DNA of 64,000 nucleotides from an uncultured Candidatus Saccharibacteria bacterium (GCA_964507855.1 CAZDQS010000001.1:230121-294120), one strand, 5' to 3'; shown: positions 37,014-44,211, counted from the first letter of the stretch. Program-made: numbers and translations. Notes: a model not told the origin generated them from the letters alone.

Positions 37014-37646
37014 ATGAAACTCCCCGAAATTAGAATTAGCTTTGCTTGGTTGCTCTTTTATGGCGAATCACAATCCTTAGCTGAAGCTCACGACTTTAAG
37101 CTTGAGTCATACGACCATTATGACCAAAAGACGGCAGAGTACAGAAAGGCTTGGAAGAAGCATGAGAAACAAATAATTCACGGGCTTCAAACATCATTGG
37201 GAGTGGAATTCTATAAGCCTGTTATTGACGTAAGTTGTACACCTTATTTCATACCAAAAAGTGATCCGCTAATTATGAACTTCAAGGAAACGCCTGACCA
37301 GTTTATTGACGTTTTGACCCATGAGCTTTGCCATGTATTGCTTACGGACAATAATAAGCACCAGAGTAATGGTGAAAATCCTAAAATGGATTTGATTGCA
37401 GTATGGAAGAAGATGTTTAACGGCGAAAAAGACTTCAATGTACTAGCACACATTCCAGTTCACGCTCTATGTAAATATATTTACCTTGACGTGCTTAAAG
37501 AGCCTTCACGATTAGAGCGAGATAAAAAAGCTGTAGAGGAATGGGACAATAGTGGTGCTTACAAAACCTCATGGGCTTACGTGGAAAGTCACGACTATAA
37601 GGAAATTATTGAAAAGCTAAAAGAATCTTACGAGGTACATAAATAA
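37014..37646 (+). CDS. Hypothetical HExxH-motif protein (possible zinc metallopeptidase)
   Basis: DVLTHELCHVLL. ATG at 37014 lies 6 nt after TGtTATGAT. Confidence 0.5.
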   Translation: MKLPEIRISFAWLLFYGESQSLAEAHDFKLESYDHYDQKTAEYRKAWKKHEKQIIHGLQTSLGVEFYKPVIDVSCTPYFIPKSDPLIMNFKETPDQFIDVLTHELCHVLLTDNNKHQSNGENPKMDLIAVWKKMFNGEKDFNVLAHIPVHALCKYIYLDVLKEPSRLERDKKAVEEWDNSGAYKTSWAYVESHDYKEIIEKLKESYEVHK

Positions 37647-38266
37647 TGTCTCTACCATGTGATATTGTTTTGCTGCCCTCAATAGAACTAGCGAACAAGG
37701 CTATTGAAGCTAGTAAAGCAACCAATAAATACGAGAGCTTCTTCACGCTAGAAGATGGTAAGTTCTATCCCCACATGTCTCTGTATATGTTCCAGCTTGA
37801 TGAGACTGATATATCTAAGGTCGAAGAAGTACTTACAAGAATTGCTAATGATACGAAAGTTATTACAGCTAAGGCAACAACTTACAGTTTGGGTACAGGG
37901 TTTGGTGTTGGTTATGTTGATCCTGAGTACGAAGTAACTGAAGGACTAAGCAGCTTACAAGATAAAGTAGTAGAAGCGGTCAATCCAATTCGAGCAGGTA
38001 TGCGTGAAAGTGATATTAAGAAAATGCAGGACGCCGAAGGTATTAAGCTGGAGAATCTACAAAAGTATGGGTATCCAGCAATCGGTGAATTGTTTAGACC
38101 CCACATTACCCTTACTAGATTGAAAGAACATAATCCTAAGGTCTTAGAGTTATTACCGCAGGATGTAACTTCATTTAGTGGTGTCTTTGATAGACTAGGG
38201 TTATTTGAAATGGGCGAGAACGGCACTTGTATAAGGAAAATAGCAGAATTCCCACTCTCAAATTAG
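37646..38266 (+). CDS. 2H phosphoesterase superfamily protein (LigT / cyclic phosphodiesterase-like)
   Basis: Two HxS/TL motifs about 105 residues apart: YPHMSLYMF and FRPHITLTRL. Start overlaps the upstream stop (TAATG). Confidence 0.65.
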   Translation: MSLPCDIVLLPSIELANKAIEASKATNKYESFFTLEDGKFYPHMSLYMFQLDETDISKVEEVLTRIANDTKVITAKATTYSLGTGFGVGYVDPEYEVTEGLSSLQDKVVEAVNPIRAGMRESDIKKMQDAEGIKLENLQKYGYPAIGELFRPHITLTRLKEHNPKVLELLPQDVTSFSGVFDRLGLFEMGENGTCIRKIAEFPLSN

Positions 38267-38414
38267 ACCAAAACCCATTATTGTATAATATGTTTTCTAA
38301 CAGGGGTCGGCGAAAATAACACTAGCACTTGACAGGCCCATATGTCGCTAAAAATCAGGGCCTACCCCTGTTAGGGTATGACCGACAACGTACATTGTGC
38401 GACACAAATTTAAC

Positions 38415-39197
38415 TTACTTTACTTCAGGAAATTGAAGATTGTCGTATCTTTCTGACTTAAAAGTAAATGATTCTAGCGGATAAATCTTAAATGACTTTT
38501 GGACTTTATCTTCACTAATTTCAGCAGTCAGTACTTTGTCTGATAATACTTTAACCACCAATTCTTTTCTGTCATTTGTAAGATAGACGTTGTCCCGCTT
38601 AAGAGCTGTACTCTGTCCTAAATAGTAAACACCCTGTAATAAAAAGAGGAATATGAATAAGTAGGTAACGAACCCACCTGGCAATTTGGATATGTAGCCA
38701 CCTATAATATTTGGCGTTTTGTCGTTTGAAAATGCTTGCTGGTGTCTTTCTTCTTCGGCAGCAACTTTGTTTAGATAACCCTTTACTTTGCGTTGGGAAG
38801 CTATGGGCATAATAAAGTCAGCAATAAGCACAGTTGCAAGTAATATAACGCCAAATGCAGGTATTGCACCCGACCTTTGCGTATCAGCAAATATTAGCTT
38901 CAGAAATATAAAGTAAAGCAAAGCCATAAAGAGACGAATCAATGGATATTGTAGGGATTTCCTGGCTAAGGTATGGAGCTCATAGAATTTAATGATAACG
39001 ACAACAAAGACTAACAATATAGACATTGCTGCTAAAGATTTAAGTACTGACTGTATGGTTATCTCAATAAAGTCATTTGATAACCCAAAGACGCTGTTGT
39101 AGCCCTGCTCGTACAGAAAGACCAGACCGTATGCAATTAAAGGCACGATGGCAACTGCAACATTAAATCTATCAAAAAAGACAGGTTCTTTTTTCAT
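38415..39197 (-). CDS. Hypothetical polytopic membrane protein
   Basis: 260 aa; about 6 TM helices plus a soluble C-terminal tail. ATG lies 6 nt after TGtTAGCAT. Confidence 0.6.
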   Translation of the reverse strand: MKKEPVFFDRFNVAVAIVPLIAYGLVFLYEQGYNSVFGLSNDFIEITIQSVLKSLAAMSILLVFVVVIIKFYELHTLARKSLQYPLIRLFMALLYFIFLKLIFADTQRSGAIPAFGVILLATVLIADFIMPIASQRKVKGYLNKVAAEEERHQQAFSNDKTPNIIGGYISKLPGGFVTYLFIFLFLLQGVYYLGQSTALKRDNVYLTNDRKELVVKVLSDKVLTAEISEDKVQKSFKIYPLESFTFKSERYDNLQFPEVK

Positions 39198-39298
39198 ACC
39201 TATATGCTAACATCCGTGCTTATTAAAGGGTAAAGCTTAAGCTTCTGGGTCTATGCCGTTGTCTTCAAGCCAAGCGTCACCTCTACTATGATGAAGTG

Positions 39299-39841
39299 CT
39301 AAAGCTTCTCAATAATCTTGTTGAGTTTAGTGGGCGAAAGTTGGTATACGGCTTCGGTTCTTAAGTCGCCAGCGATGTCTATTGTAATTAGCTCAATTCT
39401 ATCAAACATGCTCGACGGTATATCCTTGTGATTGGCAGTCATGATAAGCATGTCGTTGTTCCTGTATTTGTAAGCAACTGAGCACAATAAAGCATCTGTG
39501 TAGCTTGGACCCTTGTCACCTTTTGCAGAAAAGGCTTTGGCATAAGCAATTCGGAATACAGGCTCCTTCTCTACCATCTCCTCTACTCTTGGTAGCACTG
39601 TTATATTAAGGGTTTTGATGAATTCCTGTCGTTCGTTGTAACCAGTAATTGTATTTGCGTTACGAGTAAATTCGTAGACAACGGAAGGTATAGTTACAAG
39701 ACCACATCCTGCCGATGACAATTCAGACATAAGAGCCAAGAACTCATCCGATTTCGAAGCGTTAATCAGTACAGTTGTATCAAGTAGTAAGTGTTTACTG
39801 CTAAGGTCTGCTGCCAGTGTAGAGGTGTGTTGAAGTTTCAA
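39299..39841 (-). CDS. PIN-domain nuclease (VapC-like toxin candidate)
   Basis: LLLDTTVLINASKSD (first acidic residue), ..EFTRNA.., ..YTDALLCSVAY.., ..IMTANHKDIP. Confidence 0.7.
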   Translation of the reverse strand: MKLQHTSTLAADLSSKHLLLDTTVLINASKSDEFLALMSELSSAGCGLVTIPSVVYEFTRNANTITGYNERQEFIKTLNITVLPRVEEMVEKEPVFRIAYAKAFSAKGDKGPSYTDALLCSVAYKYRNNDMLIMTANHKDIPSSMFDRIELITIDIAGDLRTEAVYQLSPTKLNKIIEKL

Positions 39842-40010
39842 TAGGATAGTCCTCGACGGTCTTTCGGATTTCTTTGGCTAGTTTTTTCAGTTTTGTAACG
39901 TCTGGCTTTGCAGCCTTTTTCTGATCCAGTGAATCTGAGTAATCAGGCTTACTAATCTGACGTTCAAGTTCTTTGATTTTCTTTTCGTTAATCATAGCGG
40001 TTATCTCCAT
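39801..40010 (-). CDS. Small charged protein upstream of the PIN gene (antitoxin candidate)
   Basis: 69 aa; overlaps the PIN start by 41 nt. Promoter TGtTATACT with a 7-bp inverted repeat AACAAAG-N9-CTTTGTT at 40023-40045. Confidence 0.45.
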   Translation of the reverse strand: MEITAMINEKKIKELERQISKPDYSDSLDQKKAAKPDVTKLKKLAKEIRKTVEDYPIETSTHLYTGSRP

Positions 40011-40122
40011 AAGTAGTATAACAAAGCTAAAATTACTTTGTTGATGATAATTCTCACACCACTTGAATAACTATAGTTCGAGGGGTTTATTCTTTATAGA
40101 TAATAACGTCGAAAATAAGAGG

Positions 40123-40395
40123 TCAGGAGGTCTTTTTCTTTTTGTCTTTGGCTTTCATTTTTTCGATTTGTTTCAACGTAAGCCCACCTTCTGCTTCGGG
40201 CCTAATTAGCTCAACATCTCTACCACTACTGTCTTTGAGTTTAGTTGGATTTGCCAGTTCTTCTGGCGACTTATCTAGCTTAATAGCATTACCGAACTCA
40301 TCAATAAGGGTGTCGCCGAAAACAACATTTCCCTCTGTTACGGCAATCTCACGTGCTTCTTCAAGTAGCTCGGCAGTCTCGCTATGATTACCCAT
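40123..40395 (-). CDS. Hypothetical acidic/lysine-tailed protein
   Basis: 90 aa ORF in the island. Confidence 0.45.
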   Translation of the reverse strand: MGNHSETAELLEEAREIAVTEGNVVFGDTLIDEFGNAIKLDKSPEELANPTKLKDSSGRDVELIRPEAEGGLTLKQIEKMKAKDKKKKTS

Positions 40396-40634
40396 TTTGC
40401 ACCCTGTTCATATAAGAAATTATAGCATTACAAGTGCTTCATCCTTTGGTTCAAAGCTACGTATTGCTTCAAGCTCTTTGCATAAATTACTGTAGTGGTC
40501 AGATGTATCAATGATAAAATTGTACAGTTCGAGGACACTCGGTTGCTCTCGACCAATGAAAGAAGCCTCTTTGTGGGGGCTTTTTTCATTCTAACTTCCC
40601 GGGACTACAATAAGAGTATTAAGAGGAGGGGGAT

Positions 40635-40781
40635 ATGAAGGACAAACTCATCAATGATTATTGGGTGGAGTATTTACGGTACTGGAAACAAAATCCCGGT
40701 GCTGGCGAAAAATACCCAACGGAAGATGGCTTTTGGCGTTGGTTTGCGGACGTACACATTGAAGTTGAATCAGACGATTAG
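40635..40781 (+). CDS. Small hypothetical Trp-rich protein (48 aa)
   Basis: Own translation MKDKLINDYWVEYLRYWKQNPGAGEKYPTEDGFWRWFADVHIEVESDD*. AAGAGGAGGGGG RBS 5 nt upstream. Below the ORF-track size cutoff. Confidence 0.4.
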   Translation: MKDKLINDYWVEYLRYWKQNPGAGEKYPTEDGFWRWFADVHIEVESDD

Positions 40782-40852
40782 CGAAGTTGTGAAGCGGGGC
40801 ATGCTTCACGCTGTTCGTTGAAGTAAAATTTGATAAAATACAGGAAAGTTAT

Positions 40853-40928
40853 CGGGGTGTGGCGCAGTTGGTAGCGCGCAGCGTTCGGGACGCTGAGGTC
40901 GTGAGTTCAAGTCTCGCCACCCCGACCA
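40853..40928 (+). tRNA. tRNA-Pro(CGG), CCA encoded
   Basis: CGGGGTG TG GCGC AGTTGGTA GCGC G CAGCG TTCGGGA CGCTG AGGTC GTGAG TTCAAGT CTCGC CACCCCG A CCA. Confidence 0.93.
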
Positions 40929-40964
40929 TTCCTTGTTTCATCGCCGAGTAGTACAATACTCCTT

Positions 40965-41600
40965 ATGATAATCGTGCTGCTATTTGCAGTTATTTTCGGC
41001 ATATTGTTGATTTCTGAACTTTTGTGGCGCGGAAAGTTTCTGCGCGGCGAAGCCGGCCGGAAGTTTGTGCACATTACGGTTGGGGCCTTTGTGGCCAGCT
41101 GGCCACTGTTTGTTGATATGCGAACCATCGTGCCGATGAGTGTGGCGCTCTTGGCGGTGGTATATGTATCGAAGCGATACCTTGTCTTCCATGGCGTACA
41201 CGGGGTGCGCCGTAAAACGTGGGGAGAACTGATGTTTCCCATAGGTATTGGCGCCGCCGCGCTCTTGAGTCCCAGTCCGTGGGTGTTTAGTGTCGCCATC
41301 TTGCATTTATCAGTTGCGGATGGTTTGGCGGCAGTGTTTGGTGAACGATATGGCAAAGGCAACCGCTACAAAGTGTTTGGCGAAACACGCTCGGTCATCG
41401 GAACCATGGTGTTTTATCTGGTGTCGCTTGCCATTGCCGGGGGCGTGGTGCTTCTGAAGCCCTCAATGTTTAGCCAAGCAGCGGTACCCGTACTGTTTGC
41501 ATTACCTGCCATAGCAACGACTGTCGAGAACCTGTCACCACGTGGTACGGATAATGTTACGGTGCCGCTTTTGGTGGTTGCCTGCCTGCGGTTAATTTGA
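40965..41600 (+). CDS. CTP-dependent polyprenol/phytol/diacylglycerol kinase-like membrane protein (CdsA/DolK superfamily)
   Basis: 6-7 TM helices; GRKFVHITVG and ADGLAAVFGERYG motifs. ATG lies 7 nt after TACAAT. Confidence 0.55.
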   Translation: MIIVLLFAVIFGILLISELLWRGKFLRGEAGRKFVHITVGAFVASWPLFVDMRTIVPMSVALLAVVYVSKRYLVFHGVHGVRRKTWGELMFPIGIGAAALLSPSPWVFSVAILHLSVADGLAAVFGERYGKGNRYKVFGETRSVIGTMVFYLVSLAIAGGVVLLKPSMFSQAAVPVLFALPAIATTVENLSPRGTDNVTVPLLVVACLRLI

Positions 41601-41601
41601 C

Positions 41602-41949
41602 CTACCGTCGGCGACGCTTGGTGACGACTGTCTCGGTTGCTTCATCATCGGTAGAATCTGCAGCTGAGCTGACCGCATTAATCACTGCGACGAGCAGGAG
41701 TGCCAAGATTGCGTACATGAGCATGGCAAACAATGTCGTAAGCTCGAGTACGTACCGGTTTTCAAACACCTGTGAGGGGAAGATACCGCGGAATGGCGCA
41801 AGCAGCGGCTGGCTCATTTCGTAGATCCAGTTCACAAACCCCGTATCATTGGCGCCAAAGAGTTTGAGCAAGAATCGCAGGCCAAGAATGCCTTCAACGA
41901 CAGCGGTAAATATATTGATGAGATTAACGGCCAGAGCTCTGATTCGCAT
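41602..41949 (-). CDS. YggT family membrane protein
   Basis: ILGLRFLLKLFGAN..FVNWIYEMSQPLLAPFRGIFP; AAGGAG RBS. Confidence 0.7.
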   Translation of the reverse strand: MRIRALAVNLINIFTAVVEGILGLRFLLKLFGANDTGFVNWIYEMSQPLLAPFRGIFPSQVFENRYVLELTTLFAMLMYAILALLLVAVINAVSSAADSTDDEATETVVTKRRRR

Positions 41950-42035
41950 AATATCTCCTTTAGGGTATTAACTATACGGTGAAGTATAAGTGCCGCCCAA
42001 TTGCTCGGCTGTAGGTTTTCTAACACATCTGTTGA

Positions 42036-42044
42036 TGGTATAAT
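42036..42044 (+). promoter_or_regulatory. Extended -10 (TGgTATAAT) upstream of the tRNA-Gly/tRNA-Arg pair
   Basis: tggtataat at 42036-42044, 20 nt before tRNA-Gly. Confidence 0.45.
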
Positions 42045-42064
42045 TGCATCTGTTTTCCCCTTAT

Positions 42065-42139
42065 GCGGGTGTGGTATAACGTTTATTATTCCTGCCTTCC
42101 AAGCAGGCGACGCGGGTTAGACTCCCGCCACCCGCACCA
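42065..42139 (+). tRNA. tRNA-Gly(UCC), CCA encoded, atypical D arm and T loop
   Basis: GCGGGTG..CCTGC CTTCCAA GCAGG CGAC GCGGG TTAGACT CCCGC CACCCGC A CCA. D region TGGTATAACGTTTATTATT lacks the GG dinucleotide. Confidence 0.7.
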
Positions 42140-42225
42140 CGTTTTGTGGCTGGCGCGTAGAAGCTTTACAGTTTTAATGTATGACGCTTCGCTTGTGGCT
42201 ACAAAACAGTTCACCGAACTGTTTT

Positions 42226-42302
42226 GCCCCGGTAGCTCAGCTGGATAGAGCAGAGGACTTCTAAGCCTAAGGTCGTAGGTTCGAATCCTACCCGGGGCGC
42301 CA
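42226..42302 (+). tRNA. tRNA-Arg(UCU), CCA encoded, weak anticodon stem
   Basis: GCCCCGG TA GCTC AGCTGGATA GAGC A GAGGA CTTCTAA GCCTA AGGTC GTAGG TTCGAAT CCTAC CCGGGGC G CCA. Pairs 27:43 and 31:39 are mismatched. Confidence 0.7.
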
Positions 42303-42315
42303 AGATACGATATCA

Positions 42316-42434
42316 AAGGTTGGGGTGAGACATGCCGGTGGCAGGTCGCAGGGCAATCTACTCTTCAAAACTTGTTTTGAAAGATGTAGTTGCGGGCCCG
42401 CCGGTAGGCGGGTCGAGTCCCTCCCGGGGTACCA
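42316..42434 (+). repeat. Type I three-hairpin module inside a degenerate tRNA-Arg-like 3' third
   Basis: AAGGTTGGGGT[GAGACATGCCGGTGGCAGGTCGCAGGGCAATCTAC..TGTAGTTGCGGGCCCGCCGGTAGGCGGG]TCGAGTCCCTCCCGGGGTACCA. The track ORF covering this region is an artefact. Confidence 0.6.
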
Positions 42435-42439
42435 GAATT

Positions 42440-42982
42440 ATGCAAGTAGTATTCGTAACCGGTAATCAGAATAAACTCCAGGAGGCCCAGGCGATTTTGC
42501 CAGGGCAGCTTACCTCTGAGAAACTTGACCTGACCGAAATCCAGAGCCTTGATATCGAGGAAATTGTCAGGCATAAGCTAAAAGAGGCGTACGCCATACT
42601 AAAGAAGCCGGTTATTGTCGAGGATGTCAGTGCTGAACTCGCTTCCCTGAACGGTCTGCCCGGGCCGTTTGTGAAGTTTTTTGAAGAGCGGCTGGGGAAG
42701 GGCGCGCTGCATAAACTCAGCAAAGTCGAGCATGATCGCGTGACGATTACGTGCTGTGCCGGATACTTCGATGGCGAGCGCGAAGAGATAGTGAAGGGTG
42801 TTATTGAGGGAACAATTGTGCCGCCGCGGGGTGAGGATGGGTTTGGCTTTGATTTTGTGGTCGTGCCAGACGGGCATACAAAGACCATGGCCGAGATGGG
42901 CCGGGCTGAGAAAAACACCCTGAGTCACCGGTATGTGGCATTTAAAATGCTTGCCAAAAAACTCAAAATGAATCAAGCTTAA
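42440..42982 (+). CDS. rdgB: Non-canonical purine NTP pyrophosphatase RdgB/HAM1
   Basis: MQVVFVTGNQNKLQEAQAIL.., GLPGPFVKFF, FGFDFVVVP, SHR. Confidence 0.9.
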   Translation: MQVVFVTGNQNKLQEAQAILPGQLTSEKLDLTEIQSLDIEEIVRHKLKEAYAILKKPVIVEDVSAELASLNGLPGPFVKFFEERLGKGALHKLSKVEHDRVTITCCAGYFDGEREEIVKGVIEGTIVPPRGEDGFGFDFVVVPDGHTKTMAEMGRAEKNTLSHRYVAFKMLAKKLKMNQA

Positions 42983-43139
42983 CGAACCCATCGTAAACCT
43001 TATTTCTGCACTGCAGTCTAAATTATCGGAAAACTAGCGGTTTTTTGCTTCGCTCCATAGCTTAAAGCTATGCTTTGTCGCAAGAAAACCGCTATTTTTC
43101 TCGTCAATTTAGTCTTCGAAAACCAGAAAAAGGTATACA

Positions 43140-43376
43140 ATGGATTCAGTGAAAACTTTTGCTCGTTGGTTTCTCGGTCTGCTCGTTGGCGTTGTTGCCG
43201 TCCTGATTGTGCAGGGCTTAGTGCGGCAGCAGATGCAGTATAGCTATTACATAGAATGTATGCGCGGTGAGGAAACAATTATAGACACAACGCCGCAGCA
43301 GTGCGTACCGGAAGGCGGCGGTCCACCAATAGAAGCGCCGTATCCATTTCGACACTATGTGTTACTCGGCCTCTAG
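43140..43376 (+). CDS. Small secreted/membrane hypothetical protein
   Basis: 78 aa; N-terminal TM helix, 2 Cys. Confidence 0.45.
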   Translation: MDSVKTFARWFLGLLVGVVAVLIVQGLVRQQMQYSYYIECMRGEETIIDTTPQQCVPEGGGPPIEAPYPFRHYVLLGL

Positions 43377-43399
43377 ATAGGGCTGCTTGATGTGTAGTA

Positions 43400-43855
43400 T
43401 CAGGTAGCAAGCGCTTTTTGGCGGCCGATTTTTTCGAGTTTTTTATCAATAATCTCCAGATAGCTGTTCATTACCCACATTGCTTTAGTGGCCGTAGCTT
43501 CGAGATGCTTGTCTTTTACCTTCTCGGTAGCGCCGCGGATAATCGACCAGTGCGCGGCCGATGCGGCGACAAAGAAGCTGAGCCATTCCAGAAGCTCTAT
43601 CGGGTTATCCCAGTGGTTACCCACGTAGGCTTCCATCATGCTACGTAGTTTTTTGGTGGACTTATCAGCCTTTTTATGTGTGGTATCCGTGCCTGCTCGG
43701 GCTGCCTCATCGGCAAAACTTTCCATGTAGTGTACGAACTCATCGCTTCTGTCGAGTGCCTTATCGAACGTTGTGCCGGCGCGTTCACGAAATTCTTTGC
43801 CTATTCGCGCAAAGGCGATGACCTCACCCAGTTTTTGTGCAACGAAATCATTCAT
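43400..43855 (-). CDS. Hypothetical helical protein
   Basis: 151 aa; GGGAGG RBS; no motif recognised. Confidence 0.55.
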   Translation of the reverse strand: MNDFVAQKLGEVIAFARIGKEFRERAGTTFDKALDRSDEFVHYMESFADEAARAGTDTTHKKADKSTKKLRSMMEAYVGNHWDNPIELLEWLSFFVAASAAHWSIIRGATEKVKDKHLEATATKAMWVMNSYLEIIDKKLEKIGRQKALAT

Positions 43856-43957
43856 ATCTATATACCTCCCAGTATGTATGGTAGTGAGTAGTGGAAATGT
43901 TTGCTGTTAGTTATTTATGTGCACCAGTGGACAAGAATCTACGTGACGCACAATACG

Positions 43958-43986
43958 TTGTAAAAAACAGAGGTAAATGATATAAT
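43958..43986 (+). promoter_or_regulatory. Candidate promoter of tRNA-His: TTGTAA-17-(TGa)TATAAT
   Basis: TTGTAA 43958-43963, 17-nt spacer, TG at 43978-43979, TATAAT 43981-43986. Confidence 0.5.
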
Positions 43987-44033
43987 CGCACATGTCGTTT
44001 CGCTGTTAAAACAGCAAAGCCCAATGAAAACAT

Positions 44034-44111
44034 GGCGGATGTAGCTCAGTTGGTTAGAGCGTCGGATTGTGGCTCCGAAGGCCGTGGGTTCAAATCCCAT
44101 CATTCGCCCCA
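44034..44111 (+). tRNA. tRNA-His(GUG) with encoded G-1 and CCA
   Basis: G GCGGATG TA GCTC AGTTGGTTA GAGC G TCGGA TTGTGGC TCCGA AGGCC GTGGG TTCAAAT CCCAT CATTCGC C CCA. Confidence 0.93.
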
Positions 44112-44147
44112 GTGAAAGTGCCGGTCTTTATGGCCGGCTTTTTCACT
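44112..44147 (+). terminator. Terminator hairpin after tRNA-His
   Basis: AGTGAAAGTGCCGG TCTTTATGG CCGGCTTTTTCACT. Confidence 0.6.
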
Positions 44148-44196
44148 GGGTAATGCGAGGGGGATTTGAACGGGAGCAACCCGGAAGGGTGTCTTT

Positions 44197-44205
44197 TGTT
44201 ATGAT
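44197..44205 (+). promoter_or_regulatory. Extended -10 (TGtTATGAT) 6 nt before the ATG at 44212
   Basis: tgttatgat, then gggtgc, then ATG. Confidence 0.45.
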
Positions 44206-44211
44206 GGGTGC

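Larger units (their letters stand above)
35094..40600. mobile_element. Low-GC genomic island with a large serine recombinase, abutting the tRNA-Pro(UGG) 3' end
   Basis: Abrupt drop to an estimated 36-40% GC (by eye) exactly at the tRNA 3' end. Recombinase sits at the edge; cargo is orphan genes plus a PIN toxin-antitoxin pair. Right end is approximate: GC recovers around 40.56-40.85 kb, before tRNA-Pro(CGG). Confidence 0.65.

Noticed and set aside
40400-40570. Protein-like frame on the minus strand (..IGREQPSVLELYNFIIDTSDHYSNLCKELEAIRSFEPKDEALVML*)
   Set aside because: There is no ATG, GTG or TTG start after the upstream in-frame stop. It may be a decayed gene fragment at the island edge, and the alternative ATG frame gives an implausible peptide.
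42316-42434. The GGGGTGAGAC.. modules as tmRNA (including two-piece tmRNA), tRNA-Sec or a long-variable-arm tRNA
   Set aside because: There is no 5' strand able to pair with the 3' acceptor-like strand, no G3:U70, and no tag reading frame. CTTCAAA occurs, but not in a 7-nt loop closed by a 5-6 bp stem. Multiple diverged copies also argue against a single-copy essential RNA.
42332-42439. 36-codon N-terminal extension of rdgB
   Set aside because: The extension reads through the type I RNA module. The conserved RdgB N-terminus MQVVFVTGNQNK starts at 42440.
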